A stretch of 61,564 nucleotides of DNA, filler included, from 3 parts of 3 records of this genome joined end to end with filler, not necessarily neighbours in it, one strand, 5' to 3'; positions 1-10,036 are shown, numbered from the whole stretch's first letter. The notes: a model not told the origin generated them from the sequence alone. Numbers and translations are program-made.

Positions 1-979
1 AAGCAGATATAAATCTACCCCTTGATGATCTCTGTATCAAACCACGTTGCAATAAATAAGGTTCAATTACTTCTTCAATCATATCTTTTTGTTCAGATAA
101 AACAGCTGATAGTGTGTCTAAACCTACAGGACCTCCTTGATATTTTTCTATTATAACATTCAAATATTTTCTATCAATGGCGTCTAATCCAGATTTATCC
201 ACGTCCAACTGAGCAAGGGCTTTATCTGCAAACTTATAATCAATAATGTCGTCTTTAGAAACATATAAAATATCTCTTACACGCCTTAATAATCTACCTG
301 CAACTCTTGGCGTTCCTCTCGATCTTTTTGCGATTTCATAAGCTCCATCCTGATTTAGATTCACTTTTAATTTTGTGGCTAACTTGAGTAAAATCTTTAC
401 TAAATCTGTTGAATTGTAAAACTCCATTCTAATTTGAATGCCAAATCTATCCCTTAATGGTGTAGTTAATAATCCAGACCGGGTCGTTGCTCCTACCAAA
501 GTAAATGGAGGCAAATCAATTTTAATAGTTCTTGCTGATGGACCTTCACCAATTATTAAATCCAACTGGAAGTCTTCCATAGCCGGATACAATATCTCTT
601 CTATATTAGGCGAAAGACGATGAATTTCATCAATAAATAATACATCTTTTGGCTGAAGGTTTGTTAATAAAGCTGCTAAATCACCAGCTTTATTTATAAT
701 TGGTCCTGAAGTTGATCTAAAGCCAACACCTAATTCATGAGATATTATTTGTGCTAGAGTTGTTTTTCCAAGGCCCGGAGGACCAAATAACAAACTATGG
801 TCCATTGCCTCTTCTCTATGACCAGCAGCAGAAATAAAAGTAGATAAATTTTTTTGAACTTGCGGCTGCCCTATAAATTCGGAGAGTTTTTGAGGCCTTA
901 AACTTAAATCAGAACTCTCATCTTTCTGAATTATATCAGAATCAATTAGCCTATTTTCAATTTTGCCTTCATCCTTCAT
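1..979 (-). CDS. ruvB: Holliday junction branch migration ATPase RuvB (3' end truncated by window edge; missing from ORF track)
   Basis: Manual translation from ATG at 979: [11 protein letters not shown]...[13 protein letters not shown]...[14 protein letters not shown] (Walker A)...[10 protein letters not shown] (Walker B)...[20 protein letters not shown]; lies downstream of ruvA. Confidence 0.97.
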   Translation of the reverse strand, partial: MKDEGKIENRLIDSDIIQKDESSDLSLRPQKLSEFIGQPQVQKNLSTFISAAGHREEAMDHSLLFGPPGLGKTTLAQIISHELGVGFRSTSGPIINKAGDLAALLTNLQPKDVLFIDEIHRLSPNIEEILYPAMEDFQLDLIIGEGPSARTIKIDLPPFTLVGATTRSGLLTTPLRDRFGIQIRMEFYNSTDLVKILLKLATKLKVNLNQDGAYEIAKRSRGTPRVAGRLLRRVRDILYVSKDDIIDYKFADKALAQLDVDKSGLDAIDRKYLNVIIEKYQGGPVGLDTLSAVLSEQKDMIEEVIEPYLLQRGLIQRSSRGRFISA

Positions 980-984
980 TTAGT

Positions 985-1656
985 TCACCTTGATAATTCT
1001 TTGAGAGCTAAAGGTACAATATTATTAACTGTAAATTCTTGGTTTTTTTTATTAATACTAAACTCTTTTTTAATTTTCATCACAACTGTGAAAACTTCGC
1101 TTCTGCCAAATCCTAGATTTACTAGTGCTGAAATGATATCTTCCACTACATTTTCATAGTCATCCTGATTGAAATTATTTTCTAGATCCAACTGATTCAT
1201 TAATTTATCTGATTTTTGGTTATTAATAATTTCATGAGATTTATTAATACTAAAAGTTGAGATTTTATCTAACAATTCAGCAGTTATTCTTCCAGCAACC
1301 TTAGGACCAACTCCATCAGCCCTAGCAATCATTGCTTTATCACCAGAAGAAATTGCTAAAATAATTTCATCAACATTTAGAGTTGATAGAATAGAAAGAG
1401 CAGCTTTTGGGCCTACACCTTGAACAGATTGAAGTAATTTAAAAAAATTTTGATCTTTAAACGTTGCAAAGCCATACATTATAATTTTATCATCTTTGAT
1501 CTGTAAATCAGTGTACAAAAATAAGTTTGAACCTAAGTCACCTAACGATGAAATTAATTTTGACGAAACATTTAAAAAATACCCTACATCATTAACCTCT
1601 AAAATAATGTCAGATTTACCTATTGATGTTAATGTGCCTTTCAAAGATGCTATCAT
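985..1656 (-). CDS. ruvA: Holliday junction DNA-binding protein RuvA
   Basis: MIASLKG, VNDVGY, HhH motifs VQGVGPKAAL and GVGPKVAGRI, C-terminal ALVNLGF; in ruvCAB operon. Confidence 0.96.
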   Translation of the reverse strand: MIASLKGTLTSIGKSDIILEVNDVGYFLNVSSKLISSLGDLGSNLFLYTDLQIKDDKIIMYGFATFKDQNFFKLLQSVQGVGPKAALSILSTLNVDEIILAISSGDKAMIARADGVGPKVAGRITAELLDKISTFSINKSHEIINNQKSDKLMNQLDLENNFNQDDYENVVEDIISALVNLGFGRSEVFTVVMKIKKEFSINKKNQEFTVNNIVPLALKELSR

Positions 1657-1678
1657 TTGAAATTTTATGATCCTTTAA

Positions 1679-2230
1679 TTATGATTTCTTTTTTTCTTTT
1701 AATAAAGCCTTTGCAATAGCTATATCTAAACTATTATTTGCTTGTTGTAAATTTGAAGCCGAATAATCGTCACCAATATGATGCGCTGAAATTGCAATTG
1801 CCAATGCATCTGCGCTATCTTCATTCTTAGGTAAAACAGACAATAATTTTTCAATCATTGATGTTATTTGTTGTTTTGAAGCTGAGCCATAACCCGTAAT
1901 TGTTTTTTTTACTAATTTTGGAGGAATTTCTGTTATGTCCAAACCTGATTCTGCTAAAACTGACATAGATACACCCCTTGCCATTCCCAACTTCAAACTA
2001 GACCCAGCTCCAAATCCTACAAAAATCTGCTCTATTGCTGATTTATTTGGAATATATTTTGAAATTATTTCCGATAATTCACTTTTAATAAAAAACAATC
2101 TTTTACCATCTGAAATAGATGTTGAGGGTGATATAGTGCCGTCACCTATATAAATTAATTTGTTATTTTTGAATTCAACAATTCCCCATCCAGTATGCCT
2201 TAATCCAGGATCTATACCAATAATACGCAA
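1679..2230 (-). CDS. ruvC: Crossover junction endodeoxyribonuclease RuvC
   Basis: IIGIDPG...TGWG, AIEQIF, GMARG, DSADALAIAI; TTG start. Confidence 0.96.
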   Translation of the reverse strand: MRIIGIDPGLRHTGWGIVEFKNNKLIYIGDGTISPSTSISDGKRLFFIKSELSEIISKYIPNKSAIEQIFVGFGAGSSLKLGMARGVSMSVLAESGLDITEIPPKLVKKTITGYGSASKQQITSMIEKLLSVLPKNEDSADALAIAISAHHIGDDYSASNLQQANNSLDIAIAKALLKEKKKS

Positions 2231-2243
2231 ACTAAAAACTTCC

Positions 2244-2990
2244 TTAAATATTAACTTTATTTATGATTTCTTCGCTAATATCAAAATTACCATAAACACC
2301 TTGAACATCTTCACAATTATCAAGTGTATCTAAAAGCTTTAATATTGAGGCAGCTCTTTTTTCGTCATCAACCTTAATATAATTCTCAGGTTGCCAAATT
2401 ATTTCAGCTTGTTCAGGAGAGCCAAGTAGACTTTCTAATTTATCTCTAACATTATTAAATTCATTTAAAGAGGTAATTATTTCATGGCTTATTTCATCAG
2501 AAATAACGTCATCAGCACCAACTTCAATTGCTATTTCTAAGATTTCATCATCATTTTTAATATCTTTTTGATATAAAATATGACCCACATTATTAAACAT
2601 GAAAGATACAGAACCAGTTTCACCTAAATTACCACCATATTTTGTAAAAGAAGATCTGACTTCAGATGCAGTTCTGTTACGATTATCAGTGACAGCGTCT
2701 ACAATTAATGCAATCCCTCCAGGAGCATATCCCTCATATCTTATTTCTTCTAAATTTAGATTTTCTCCAGATTCAGCTTTTTTTATGACTCTTTCAATAT
2801 TATCCTTAGGCATGTTTACTGCTCTACAAGCTGATAAAGCTGACCTTAATCTAGGATTGCTTGATGGATCTGTACCACCTCTTACAGCAACTTGTAATTC
2901 TTTAGTCAAACGGGCAAATTTTTTGGCTCTCCTGGCGTCTTGTGCTCCCTTACGATGCATTATATTTTTAAATTTTGAGTGACCAGCCAT
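2244..2990 (-). CDS. yebC: YebC/PmpR family protein
   Basis: MAGHSKFKNIMHRKG, NPRLR, YEGYAPGG, TDNRNRT; classic yebC-ruvC linkage. Confidence 0.96.
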   Translation of the reverse strand: MAGHSKFKNIMHRKGAQDARRAKKFARLTKELQVAVRGGTDPSSNPRLRSALSACRAVNMPKDNIERVIKKAESGENLNLEEIRYEGYAPGGIALIVDAVTDNRNRTASEVRSSFTKYGGNLGETGSVSFMFNNVGHILYQKDIKNDDEILEIAIEVGADDVISDEISHEIITSLNEFNNVRDKLESLLGSPEQAEIIWQPENYIKVDDEKRAASILKLLDTLDNCEDVQGVYGNFDISEEIINKVNI

Positions 2991-3020
2991 ATAAATTTCT
3001 CCTATTATATTTTTACAAAT

Positions 3021-3836
3021 TTATTCTAAATTAGTTTGCTCTAATTTTCCTCCTATTCTTAGAGGTTTGATTGATTTACTTAAACCACCAATTTCACTCT
3101 CTATAATAACACCGCATAAAGTAGGCTCACCATTAGAAACTTCAAGTCTTGATTTTTTATTTTGAGGAAATAAAAATCTATTTAATGCATCTTTTTTATT
3201 CATCCCTATTATGGAGTTATAATCACCACTCATACCTACATCAGTAATATAAGCAGTACCATTTTCTAAGATCTGATAATCTGCGGTTGGCACATGTGTG
3301 TGCGTCCCAACAACTGCAGTGACCTTCCCGTCAAGAGCGTTTCCTAGAGCCATCTTTTCAGAAGATGCCTCACCATGAATATCAACTAAAGAAAAATCTA
3401 CATTCTTTTTTAACTTTAAATTTTCTAAGATATCAGGGATCTTATCAAAGACATTATCAGTTTTTTGCATAAACAAATTAGTCATTATATTTGCAACTCC
3501 AATTTTTCCTGCATCCAAATCTACTGTTGTCATTCCTAAACCTGGAGTACCTTCAATCATATTTAATGGGCGAAGTAATCTATCATTTTTTGTTATATAT
3601 GATATTATTTCTCTTTTATCCCAAATATGGTTTCCAGTAGTTAATACATCAGCTCCTACACGAAAAAAATCATCGCAAATTGAAGGCGTAACGCCAAATC
3701 CTCCCGCTGAATTCTCAACATTGACTATTATTGCATCTAATTTTAACTTTGTTTTAAGTTCTACAATTTTCTCTTGAGCATAGTTCCTTGCTCTTCTTCC
3801 AACAATATCACCAATAAACAGGACTTTCATAAACAT
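3021..3836 (-). CDS. ymdB: YmdB/TIGR00282 family metallophosphoesterase
   Basis: LFIGDIVG, NVENSAGG, TTGNHIWD, DIHGEASSEK, GTHTHVPTAD, TDVGMSG motifs. Confidence 0.92.
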   Translation of the reverse strand: MFMKVLFIGDIVGRRARNYAQEKIVELKTKLKLDAIIVNVENSAGGFGVTPSICDDFFRVGADVLTTGNHIWDKREIISYITKNDRLLRPLNMIEGTPGLGMTTVDLDAGKIGVANIMTNLFMQKTDNVFDKIPDILENLKLKKNVDFSLVDIHGEASSEKMALGNALDGKVTAVVGTHTHVPTADYQILENGTAYITDVGMSGDYNSIIGMNKKDALNRFLFPQNKKSRLEVSNGEPTLCGVIIESEIGGLSKSIKPLRIGGKLEQTNLE

Positions 3837-3856
3837 CTTCTTTTTTTAGGTTAATT

Positions 3857-4444
3857 TTAATTTACTTTTGATAGTATTTCTTTTTCAGTTACTATGAAAT
3901 CTAACTTTTGGTCATGACTTTCATATGGTATACTTTTAGTTTCTTGTTCACTATAAGCAAGGCCAATAGTAATAAAATTTTTCTGTTTTTTATCAAAATG
4001 TCTTTTTAAGGTTGATATTAATTTATCATAATAACCTGCTCCATATCCAAGTCTATTTAATTTTCTATCAAACATTAACATAGGAACAACAATAACCTGT
4101 GGAAAAATAGTTTTTTTTGTTCGAAGTGGTTCATAGCTTCCTATGTGACTTTTTTGCAGTTTCTCTTTTTTGAACCATTTTTTAAAAACCATTGAATTAC
4201 TATTACAATCAACAACTGGTAGAGCAGTGGTTATTTTGTTAACCTTAAAATATTCAATAAACACCAAAGGAGAAATTTCATTAAAAATAGGATAATATAA
4301 ACCAACCTCTTTTATAGTATTTTCAATGGAAAAAACTCTATCCAAACAAGAATTAATATTTTTTAAAAAAGTATTTTTATCTTCAGTGTCTAGAGAAATT
4401 AATTTTCTTTTTCGTTTAGCAATAATTCTAAGATTATTTTTCAT
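3857..4444 (-). CDS. ygfA: 5-formyltetrahydrofolate cyclo-ligase
   Basis: VVPMLMFD...RLGYGAGYYD and ESHDQKLDFIVTE; directly downstream of 6S RNA. Confidence 0.92.
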   Translation of the reverse strand: MKNNLRIIAKRKRKLISLDTEDKNTFLKNINSCLDRVFSIENTIKEVGLYYPIFNEISPLVFIEYFKVNKITTALPVVDCNSNSMVFKKWFKKEKLQKSHIGSYEPLRTKKTIFPQVIVVPMLMFDRKLNRLGYGAGYYDKLISTLKRHFDKKQKNFITIGLAYSEQETKSIPYESHDQKLDFIVTEKEILSKVN

Positions 4445-4467
4445 TTAAATTACTCTGGAACAAATAA

Positions 4468-4619
4468 CGAAAGCCAAACAATCGTCGGACAAGTTATCCT
4501 ATGTTGCCTGTTAAACAGGTGGGCACCATTTACTTTAACCTCGGCTAAAACAGTGACGGCTCCCTTAGAATACTTATGGCCCCAAGGATTAAAGTTCCTA
4601 ACAAAAAGCTCAGCTTTCG
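4468..4619 (-). ncRNA. ssrS: 6S RNA
   Basis: Conserved zapA-ssrS-ygfA position; GC-richer intergenic stretch whose minus-strand ends pair (CGAAAGCTGAGC ... GTTTGGCTTTCG); about 152 nt rod; contains GGTGCCCACCTG as in alphaproteobacterial 6S RNAs. Confidence 0.88.
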
Positions 4620-4629
4620 ATCTTATAAT

Positions 4630-4968
4630 TTATTTGCTTTCTAATAACTTTGCAACCTTATTCATTCTTTCAGTGGATTTTGCTAGCCAATCCAGAAGTT
4701 CACGTATATGTGGTAAATCTTTATCATCTGAGCTTGTTACTTCGTTACTTATAACATCAACCTTTTCATTTAATTTATCTGCTAAAACCAATGAAGTCAT
4801 TGCTAATAATCTAGTTTCACTTATCCCACTTGATATACTAGAAAGTTCTTCAATTGCTTTGTTAACTTCATTTGAAGCTTTAATAAGTTTGTCTTCTTCA
4901 CCAATTTCACATGTAACTGGATAAATGGTATTATTAATATTAACTTTAATTGTTACTTTATTTGACAT
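4630..4968 (-). CDS. zapA: Cell division protein ZapA
   Basis: VKVNINNTIYPVTCEIGEEDKL...ETRLLAMTSLVLADKL followed by coiled coil. Confidence 0.9.
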   Translation of the reverse strand: MSNKVTIKVNINNTIYPVTCEIGEEDKLIKASNEVNKAIEELSSISSGISETRLLAMTSLVLADKLNEKVDVISNEVTSSDDKDLPHIRELLDWLAKSTERMNKVAKLLESK

Positions 4969-4998
4969 GTAATACTCTAGTTAAACAAGTTCAGATTA

Positions 4999-5223
4999 CT
5001 ATTTGGAACTTCTTAATTTTAATTTTAAGTTTTCCAAACATTCTTTAGCCTCATTAAATTTTTTATTAGCATTAAGCATGTCATCTTTAATAGTTTCCAA
5101 TTTTTGTTTATTAGTTACGCTTTCAGCAATACTTTTCTCTAAACGCTTCATACTATCTTCAAATGCATTTTGAACGCTTTTTATACCTTTAAAATCTAAA
5201 AACAGTTCGTCTCGATCATTCAT
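4999..5223 (-). CDS. Small coiled-coil protein upstream of zapA (ZauP-like by synteny)
   Basis: 74 aa, all helical with heptads; occupies the zauP position of Alphaproteobacteria; sequence itself not recognised. Confidence 0.6.
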   Translation of the reverse strand: MNDRDELFLDFKGIKSVQNAFEDSMKRLEKSIAESVTNKQKLETIKDDMLNANKKFNEAKECLENLKLKLRSSK

Positions 5224-5385
5224 GATCTAACATCTCTTTAAAATTAAGTTAATCTAATAATAAATAAATTGTCTTACACTTCAATATTAATATATATATA
5301 TAATTTTTAGTATTTATAAATTTTTAATTTATAGATATGATTATGACAATAATTAACTTTGAAATATCAAATAGGTTTTATAAGC

Positions 5386-6312
5386 ATGAAGTTTACTAAA
5401 AACATTAAATCCATTCTAAGTAATTATGAAAGCGACAATCCTGGGGTTAAATCAAATTTAGCAAGAATTCTTATGTCCGGAAAACTTGCAGGTACTGGTA
5501 AATTAATAATTCTTCCAGTTGACCAAGGGTTTGAACATGGACCAGCTCGTTCTTTTGCAAAGAATGAGGGGGGTTATGATCCTCACTATCATTTTAAGTT
5601 AGCAATCAATGCTGGATTATCTGCTTTTGCTGCTCCCTTGGGAATGTTAGAAGCTGGCGCAGATACATTTGCAGGCCAAATTCCACTTATAATGAAGGTA
5701 AATAGTTCAAACTCTCTATCCAGAGAGAAATATTCTCCATCACAAGCAATAACTGGCTCGGTTAACGAGGCTGTCAGGTTAGGTTGTTCTGCTATTGGCT
5801 TTACTATCTATCCAGGATCTGATGCAGCATTGGACATGATTTCAGATATTCAGGACATGGCGTTAGAAGCAAAAAATGCTGGGCTTGCAGTTGTAGTTTG
5901 GAGCTACCCCAGAGGTGGAGATATAAGTAAAGAAGGTGAGACTGCAATTGATATTGTTGCATATGCAGCTCACATGGCCGCTTTAGTTGGAGCACATATT
6001 ATAAAGGTAAAACCCCCAACAGCTCACATTGAACTTGAGGAAGCTAAAAAAGTCTATCTTTCTGAGAAGATAGAAATAAGTACTCTTAGTAATAGAATTA
6101 AACATGTGGTGCAATCTTGTTTTAAAGGAAGAAGGCTAGTAGTTTTCTCAGGAGGAAACTCAAAAGATAAGGCCTCTTTTCTAAAAGAAATAAGAGGGTT
6201 ATATGAAGGTGGTGCAACTGGGTCTATAATTGGTAGAAATTCATTTCAACGACCATATAACGAAGCTTTGAGTTTGCTAAGCGAAGTCACTGATATTTAT
6301 AGAGGTAGATAA
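5386..6312 (+). CDS. fbaB: Class I fructose-bisphosphate aldolase (FbaB/DhnA type)
   Basis: ILPVDQGFEHGP, IGFTIYPGS, WSYPRG, Schiff-base Lys in IIKVK, IIGRNSFQR; ATG at 5386 preferred over TTG at 5359. Confidence 0.93.
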   Translation: MKFTKNIKSILSNYESDNPGVKSNLARILMSGKLAGTGKLIILPVDQGFEHGPARSFAKNEGGYDPHYHFKLAINAGLSAFAAPLGMLEAGADTFAGQIPLIMKVNSSNSLSREKYSPSQAITGSVNEAVRLGCSAIGFTIYPGSDAALDMISDIQDMALEAKNAGLAVVVWSYPRGGDISKEGETAIDIVAYAAHMAALVGAHIIKVKPPTAHIELEEAKKVYLSEKIEISTLSNRIKHVVQSCFKGRRLVVFSGGNSKDKASFLKEIRGLYEGGATGSIIGRNSFQRPYNEALSLLSEVTDIYRGR

Positions 6313-6313
6313 T

Positions 6314-6880
6314 TTGAAGGTTAACGGAAATACTATTAAACCGGGAAATGTAATTGAACACAAAAATGGGTTATGGGTAGCAGTAAAGACTAGCCATGTT
6401 AAACCTGGGAAAGGTGGCGCCTTTGCTCAAATAGAACTTAGAAATTTAAAAGATGGAACTAAACTTAATGAACGTTTTAGGTCATCTGAAAATATTGAAA
6501 GAGTAATATTAGAAGAAGTCCCTCATGTTTTTTTATATAAAGACGAAAATAACCTTGTTTTCATGAATAACAATACTTTTGATCAAATAAATATTGATGA
6601 AAATATGATTGGTGAACAATCATTTTTTTTACAGGATGGCATGACGGTCATGATAAATATTTATAATGAGGAACCTGTTTCAGTTAATATGCCTGATAGT
6701 TGTGTTTTAGAAGTAATAGAAACTGAAGCTGTTATTAAAGGGCAGACTGCTTCTTCTTCCTTTAAGCCAGCTATTTTAAACAATAACGTGAAAGTTATGG
6801 TCCCTGGACACATTGAGGTTGGTTCAAAAATAGTGGTTAGACCTTCTGATAGTTCTTATATAGAAAAAGCTAAGACATAA
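6314..6880 (+). CDS. efp: Translation elongation factor P
   Basis: HVKPGKGGAF loop, ERFRS, KGQTASSSFKPA; TTG start. Confidence 0.96.
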   Translation: MKVNGNTIKPGNVIEHKNGLWVAVKTSHVKPGKGGAFAQIELRNLKDGTKLNERFRSSENIERVILEEVPHVFLYKDENNLVFMNNNTFDQINIDENMIGEQSFFLQDGMTVMINIYNEEPVSVNMPDSCVLEVIETEAVIKGQTASSSFKPAILNNNVKVMVPGHIEVGSKIVVRPSDSSYIEKAKT

Positions 6881-6913
6881 AATAATTCTATAAATTTCGT
6901 TATTAATTCTGGA

Positions 6914-7723
6914 GTGAAGATGGGTAATAAATCACCACTTTTAAATGTAATTTTTCAATCTTTAAATAAAGTAACACGTAATATGCTCAGAGATTTTGGT
7001 GAGATAGAAAATTTACAAGTTTCTCCAAGCTCAATTCCTCGTTTTGTTACCAACACAGAAAATAAAATTGAAAGTAGCTTAATAGAAGATTTAACTAAAG
7101 CGCGTCCAGACTGGCAATTTAAAGCTAAAACAGAGAAAGAAACTTCAGAAAATAAATACTACTGGATAATTGATACTTTGAATGGCAAAACAAACTTTTC
7201 CCACGCCTTCCCCTACTTTTCTATATCTATTGCAGTTGAATATAATAATGAAATTATATGTACTGTTATTTTAGACCCTCTTAGAGATGAAATATATTTT
7301 GCAGAAAAAGGAAAGGGTTCATTTCAAAATGACCGGAGGATAAGAGTATCTAATAGAAAGTCTATTAATAATTGTATCTTTTCTACTTATAATGACCAAA
7401 ACTTAGATAATAATCCATCTGCTATAAATGACCTTAAAATAATCAAAGAATTAGCATTACAAAACTCATCAGTTACTCGAGAATTTGGCTCTTCAGCTCT
7501 AAATTATGCTTGGCTTGCGTCAGGAAAAATTGATTGCCTTTTCACAACCAACTTAAATAAAAACCAAATTGCATGTGGAGAACTTCTAATCAAAGAGGCA
7601 GGCGGATACATTTCTAATCTAAAGTATATCAATGCTTACAGGGCACCGAACGACTTTCATATCGGTGCTAACCCTGTGATACACAAAGAGTTATTAAAGA
7701 AAATCAATAACTTAAAAAAATGA
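6914..7723 (+). CDS. suhB: Inositol monophosphatase family protein SuhB, catalytic motifs degenerate
   Basis: RDFGEIENLQVS N-terminus, WIIDTLNGKTNF, GSSALNYAWLASG, IKEAGG; efp-suhB synteny. Confidence 0.85.
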   Translation: MKMGNKSPLLNVIFQSLNKVTRNMLRDFGEIENLQVSPSSIPRFVTNTENKIESSLIEDLTKARPDWQFKAKTEKETSENKYYWIIDTLNGKTNFSHAFPYFSISIAVEYNNEIICTVILDPLRDEIYFAEKGKGSFQNDRRIRVSNRKSINNCIFSTYNDQNLDNNPSAINDLKIIKELALQNSSVTREFGSSALNYAWLASGKIDCLFTTNLNKNQIACGELLIKEAGGYISNLKYINAYRAPNDFHIGANPVIHKELLKKINNLKK

Positions 7724-7806
7724 TGCTTATATGAAAATTAAAATTTGGTGTCATTAAAAAGTCATGTTTTAATGTTTCAAAGTAAAATGTAACAGGGGGT
7801 TATTGT

Positions 7807-8841
7807 ATGACAAATCCAAATAAATATGCTTTTAGAATGTTATTCTTACTTATAGTTTTAGCTATCCTAATATTTTTTCTTTTTGAACCTCTAAAGCAGG
7901 CATTTGAAGGAAATACTGCCCTTAACGGAGTAATTATAAGTACATTAATATTAGGAATAATTTTTTCATTTCGTCAAACATTCAGGTTAAGTAGAGAATC
8001 AAAGTGGCTTAAGTTTATAAAAAGAAAAGATAGCTTAATGCCCGCTAATATTGTGTTGAAAATAAAACCAATACTCCTAGCACCAGTTGCAGCAGTATTA
8101 TCTGAAACTAGAACTGACAATCCATCTTTATCTACTAACTCCTTAGGTACCATTTTAGATGGCGTTTCATCAAGACTGGACGAAAGTAGAGAAATTTTAA
8201 GATATATGATTGGCCTGTTAGTTTTTCTTGGATTATTAGGGACTTTTTGGGGACTTTTGCAAACTATCTCTTCTGTATCGGGAGTTATTAATACTATAGA
8301 TTTTAATATCAACAACTTATCAAAAGATGGTAATGCTTTATTTATGGATATTCAAAAAGGTTTAAGTGCTCCACTCGATGGCATGTCTACTGCTTTCTCC
8401 TCATCTTTATTTGGATTAGCTGGATCTCTAATACTAGGCTTTTTAGACCTTCAGGTAGGACAAGCTAGCAACCGATTTTTTAACGAATTAGAAGATTGGT
8501 TATCTCAAATGGCTATTTTTACTACAACTGAACCAGGAAATAATGGTTTAAGCGAATCTGCTGTTGAAAACCTTGCATATGTTGCAAAAAGAGCTAACCA
8601 AAATGAAAATGAAAAAATTAGAATCACAGAGAATATTAGCGAATTAACAATTGTTCTAAATAGGCTCGTTGAAAAACTTGATGACGACAAAAATGTTAAA
8701 GATCATTTAATAAAAATTTCTTCAATTTTAAAAAATTTAGGAGATCAAAATACAGATAAGTTATCAGAATTACAGTCAAACTTGACTTTAGAACTAAGAG
8801 CTATTTCAAAACAATTATTAGAAAATAAAAAAGTGAAATAA
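7807..8841 (+). CDS. MotA/TolQ/ExbB-family membrane protein (non-flagellar alphaproteobacterial type)
   Basis: Four hydrophobic segments, GLLGTFWGL and MSTAFSSSLFGLAGSL motifs, helical C-terminal tail. Confidence 0.82.
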   Translation: MTNPNKYAFRMLFLLIVLAILIFFLFEPLKQAFEGNTALNGVIISTLILGIIFSFRQTFRLSRESKWLKFIKRKDSLMPANIVLKIKPILLAPVAAVLSETRTDNPSLSTNSLGTILDGVSSRLDESREILRYMIGLLVFLGLLGTFWGLLQTISSVSGVINTIDFNINNLSKDGNALFMDIQKGLSAPLDGMSTAFSSSLFGLAGSLILGFLDLQVGQASNRFFNELEDWLSQMAIFTTTEPGNNGLSESAVENLAYVAKRANQNENEKIRITENISELTIVLNRLVEKLDDDKNVKDHLIKISSILKNLGDQNTDKLSELQSNLTLELRAISKQLLENKKVK

Positions 8842-8878
8842 TAATAGATAAGTATTAAAATATATAAAGAGACCACTA

Positions 8879-10024
8879 ATGATACTTAACAAAACAAGAC
8901 GAAGAAACCTAGATTATACCTGGCCTGGATTTGTGGATGCTCTTTCTAGTCTGTTGATGGTAATCATATTTGTTTTAATGATTTTTGTTTTATCCCAATT
9001 TTTCCTCTCACAAAAAATGAGTGGTCAAGATGAAGCTTTAGTTGAATTGAAGAACAACCTTACAGAATTGAGTGAATTGCTCTCGATTGAAAGAGAGTCT
9101 ACTACTGAATTGACTTCACAATTATCTATACTGGAATCTAAAATAATTAATCTGAAAACTGACTTAGATGAAAAAAAAATAATAGCATCACAATACATAA
9201 AAGAAATTGCAGGTAAGGATAATATAATATCAATGACCCAAATTGAAATTGGTAAATTAAAAGATATTATTAATCAGAAAAATCAAGATTCTTTAGATGA
9301 TAAGAATACTCTTGTGCAACTTACAAAGGATAATAAAGTCAAGGACAGTCAAATAATTGATAAACAAAACAAAATCAGAGCAAGCCAGGAGGAAATAAAA
9401 ATCTTAATTTCTGCTTCTTTGAAGTTAAGAAATAAATTGTCTCAATTACAAACATTACTTTCTGCTTACAAAGCCAAAGATAAAAAAGAAAAAGTTAAAG
9501 TAATTAGCTTAGGAAAAGATGTGAATTCAGCTTTGGCCAGAAGAGTAGAAGAACTAAAAAAGTTCAAATCAGATTTTTTTGGAAGAGTAAAAGCTCTTAT
9601 CAAAGGGCGTAAGGAAATAAGAATAGTAGGAGATAGATTTGTTTTTCAATCTGAGGTACTTTTTGTATTAGGATCAGATGAATTAGGAGAAAAAGGTAAG
9701 TTAGAAATGATTAAGCTTGCTTCGACTTTAATGGAAATAGAAAAATCATTACCTACTGATATTGATTGGATCCTTCAGATAGATGGACACACTGATAATT
9801 TACCAGTAAAACCAGGGCAAAGTTATAAGGATAATTGGGAGCTCTCAACAAAAAGAGCTTTATCTGTTTTAAGGTTTTTGATTAAACAAGGTATTAAACC
9901 AAACAGACTATCCGCATCAGGGTATGGTAGTTTCCAACCAATTGATAATAGAAATTTAGTTACCGCACGAACAAAAAATCGTCGTATCGAAATGAAAATC
10001 ACTCAAAGCACAAAATTAAAATGA
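8879..10024 (+). CDS. MotB/OmpA-family peptidoglycan-binding protein with long coiled coil
   Basis: WPGFVDALSSLL TM with conserved Asp; coiled coil; OmpA domain IDGHTD, NWELSTKRALSV, NRRIE. Confidence 0.87.
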   Translation: MILNKTRRRNLDYTWPGFVDALSSLLMVIIFVLMIFVLSQFFLSQKMSGQDEALVELKNNLTELSELLSIERESTTELTSQLSILESKIINLKTDLDEKKIIASQYIKEIAGKDNIISMTQIEIGKLKDIINQKNQDSLDDKNTLVQLTKDNKVKDSQIIDKQNKIRASQEEIKILISASLKLRNKLSQLQTLLSAYKAKDKKEKVKVISLGKDVNSALARRVEELKKFKSDFFGRVKALIKGRKEIRIVGDRFVFQSEVLFVLGSDELGEKGKLEMIKLASTLMEIEKSLPTDIDWILQIDGHTDNLPVKPGQSYKDNWELSTKRALSVLRFLIKQGIKPNRLSASGYGSFQPIDNRNLVTARTKNRRIEMKITQSTKLK

Positions 10025-10036
10025 TTAGAGATAAAA

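Noticed and set aside
5238-5252. CtrA-like box TTAA-N7-TTAA upstream of zauP-like/zapA
   Set aside because: Plausible position, but the intergenic region is almost pure AT, so a chance match is likely; no independent support.
7807-10024. Zorya (ZorAB) anti-phage system
   Set aside because: No ZorC/D/E-like genes, the MotA-like tail is short, and the pair sits in a housekeeping efp-suhB...rpmE context.
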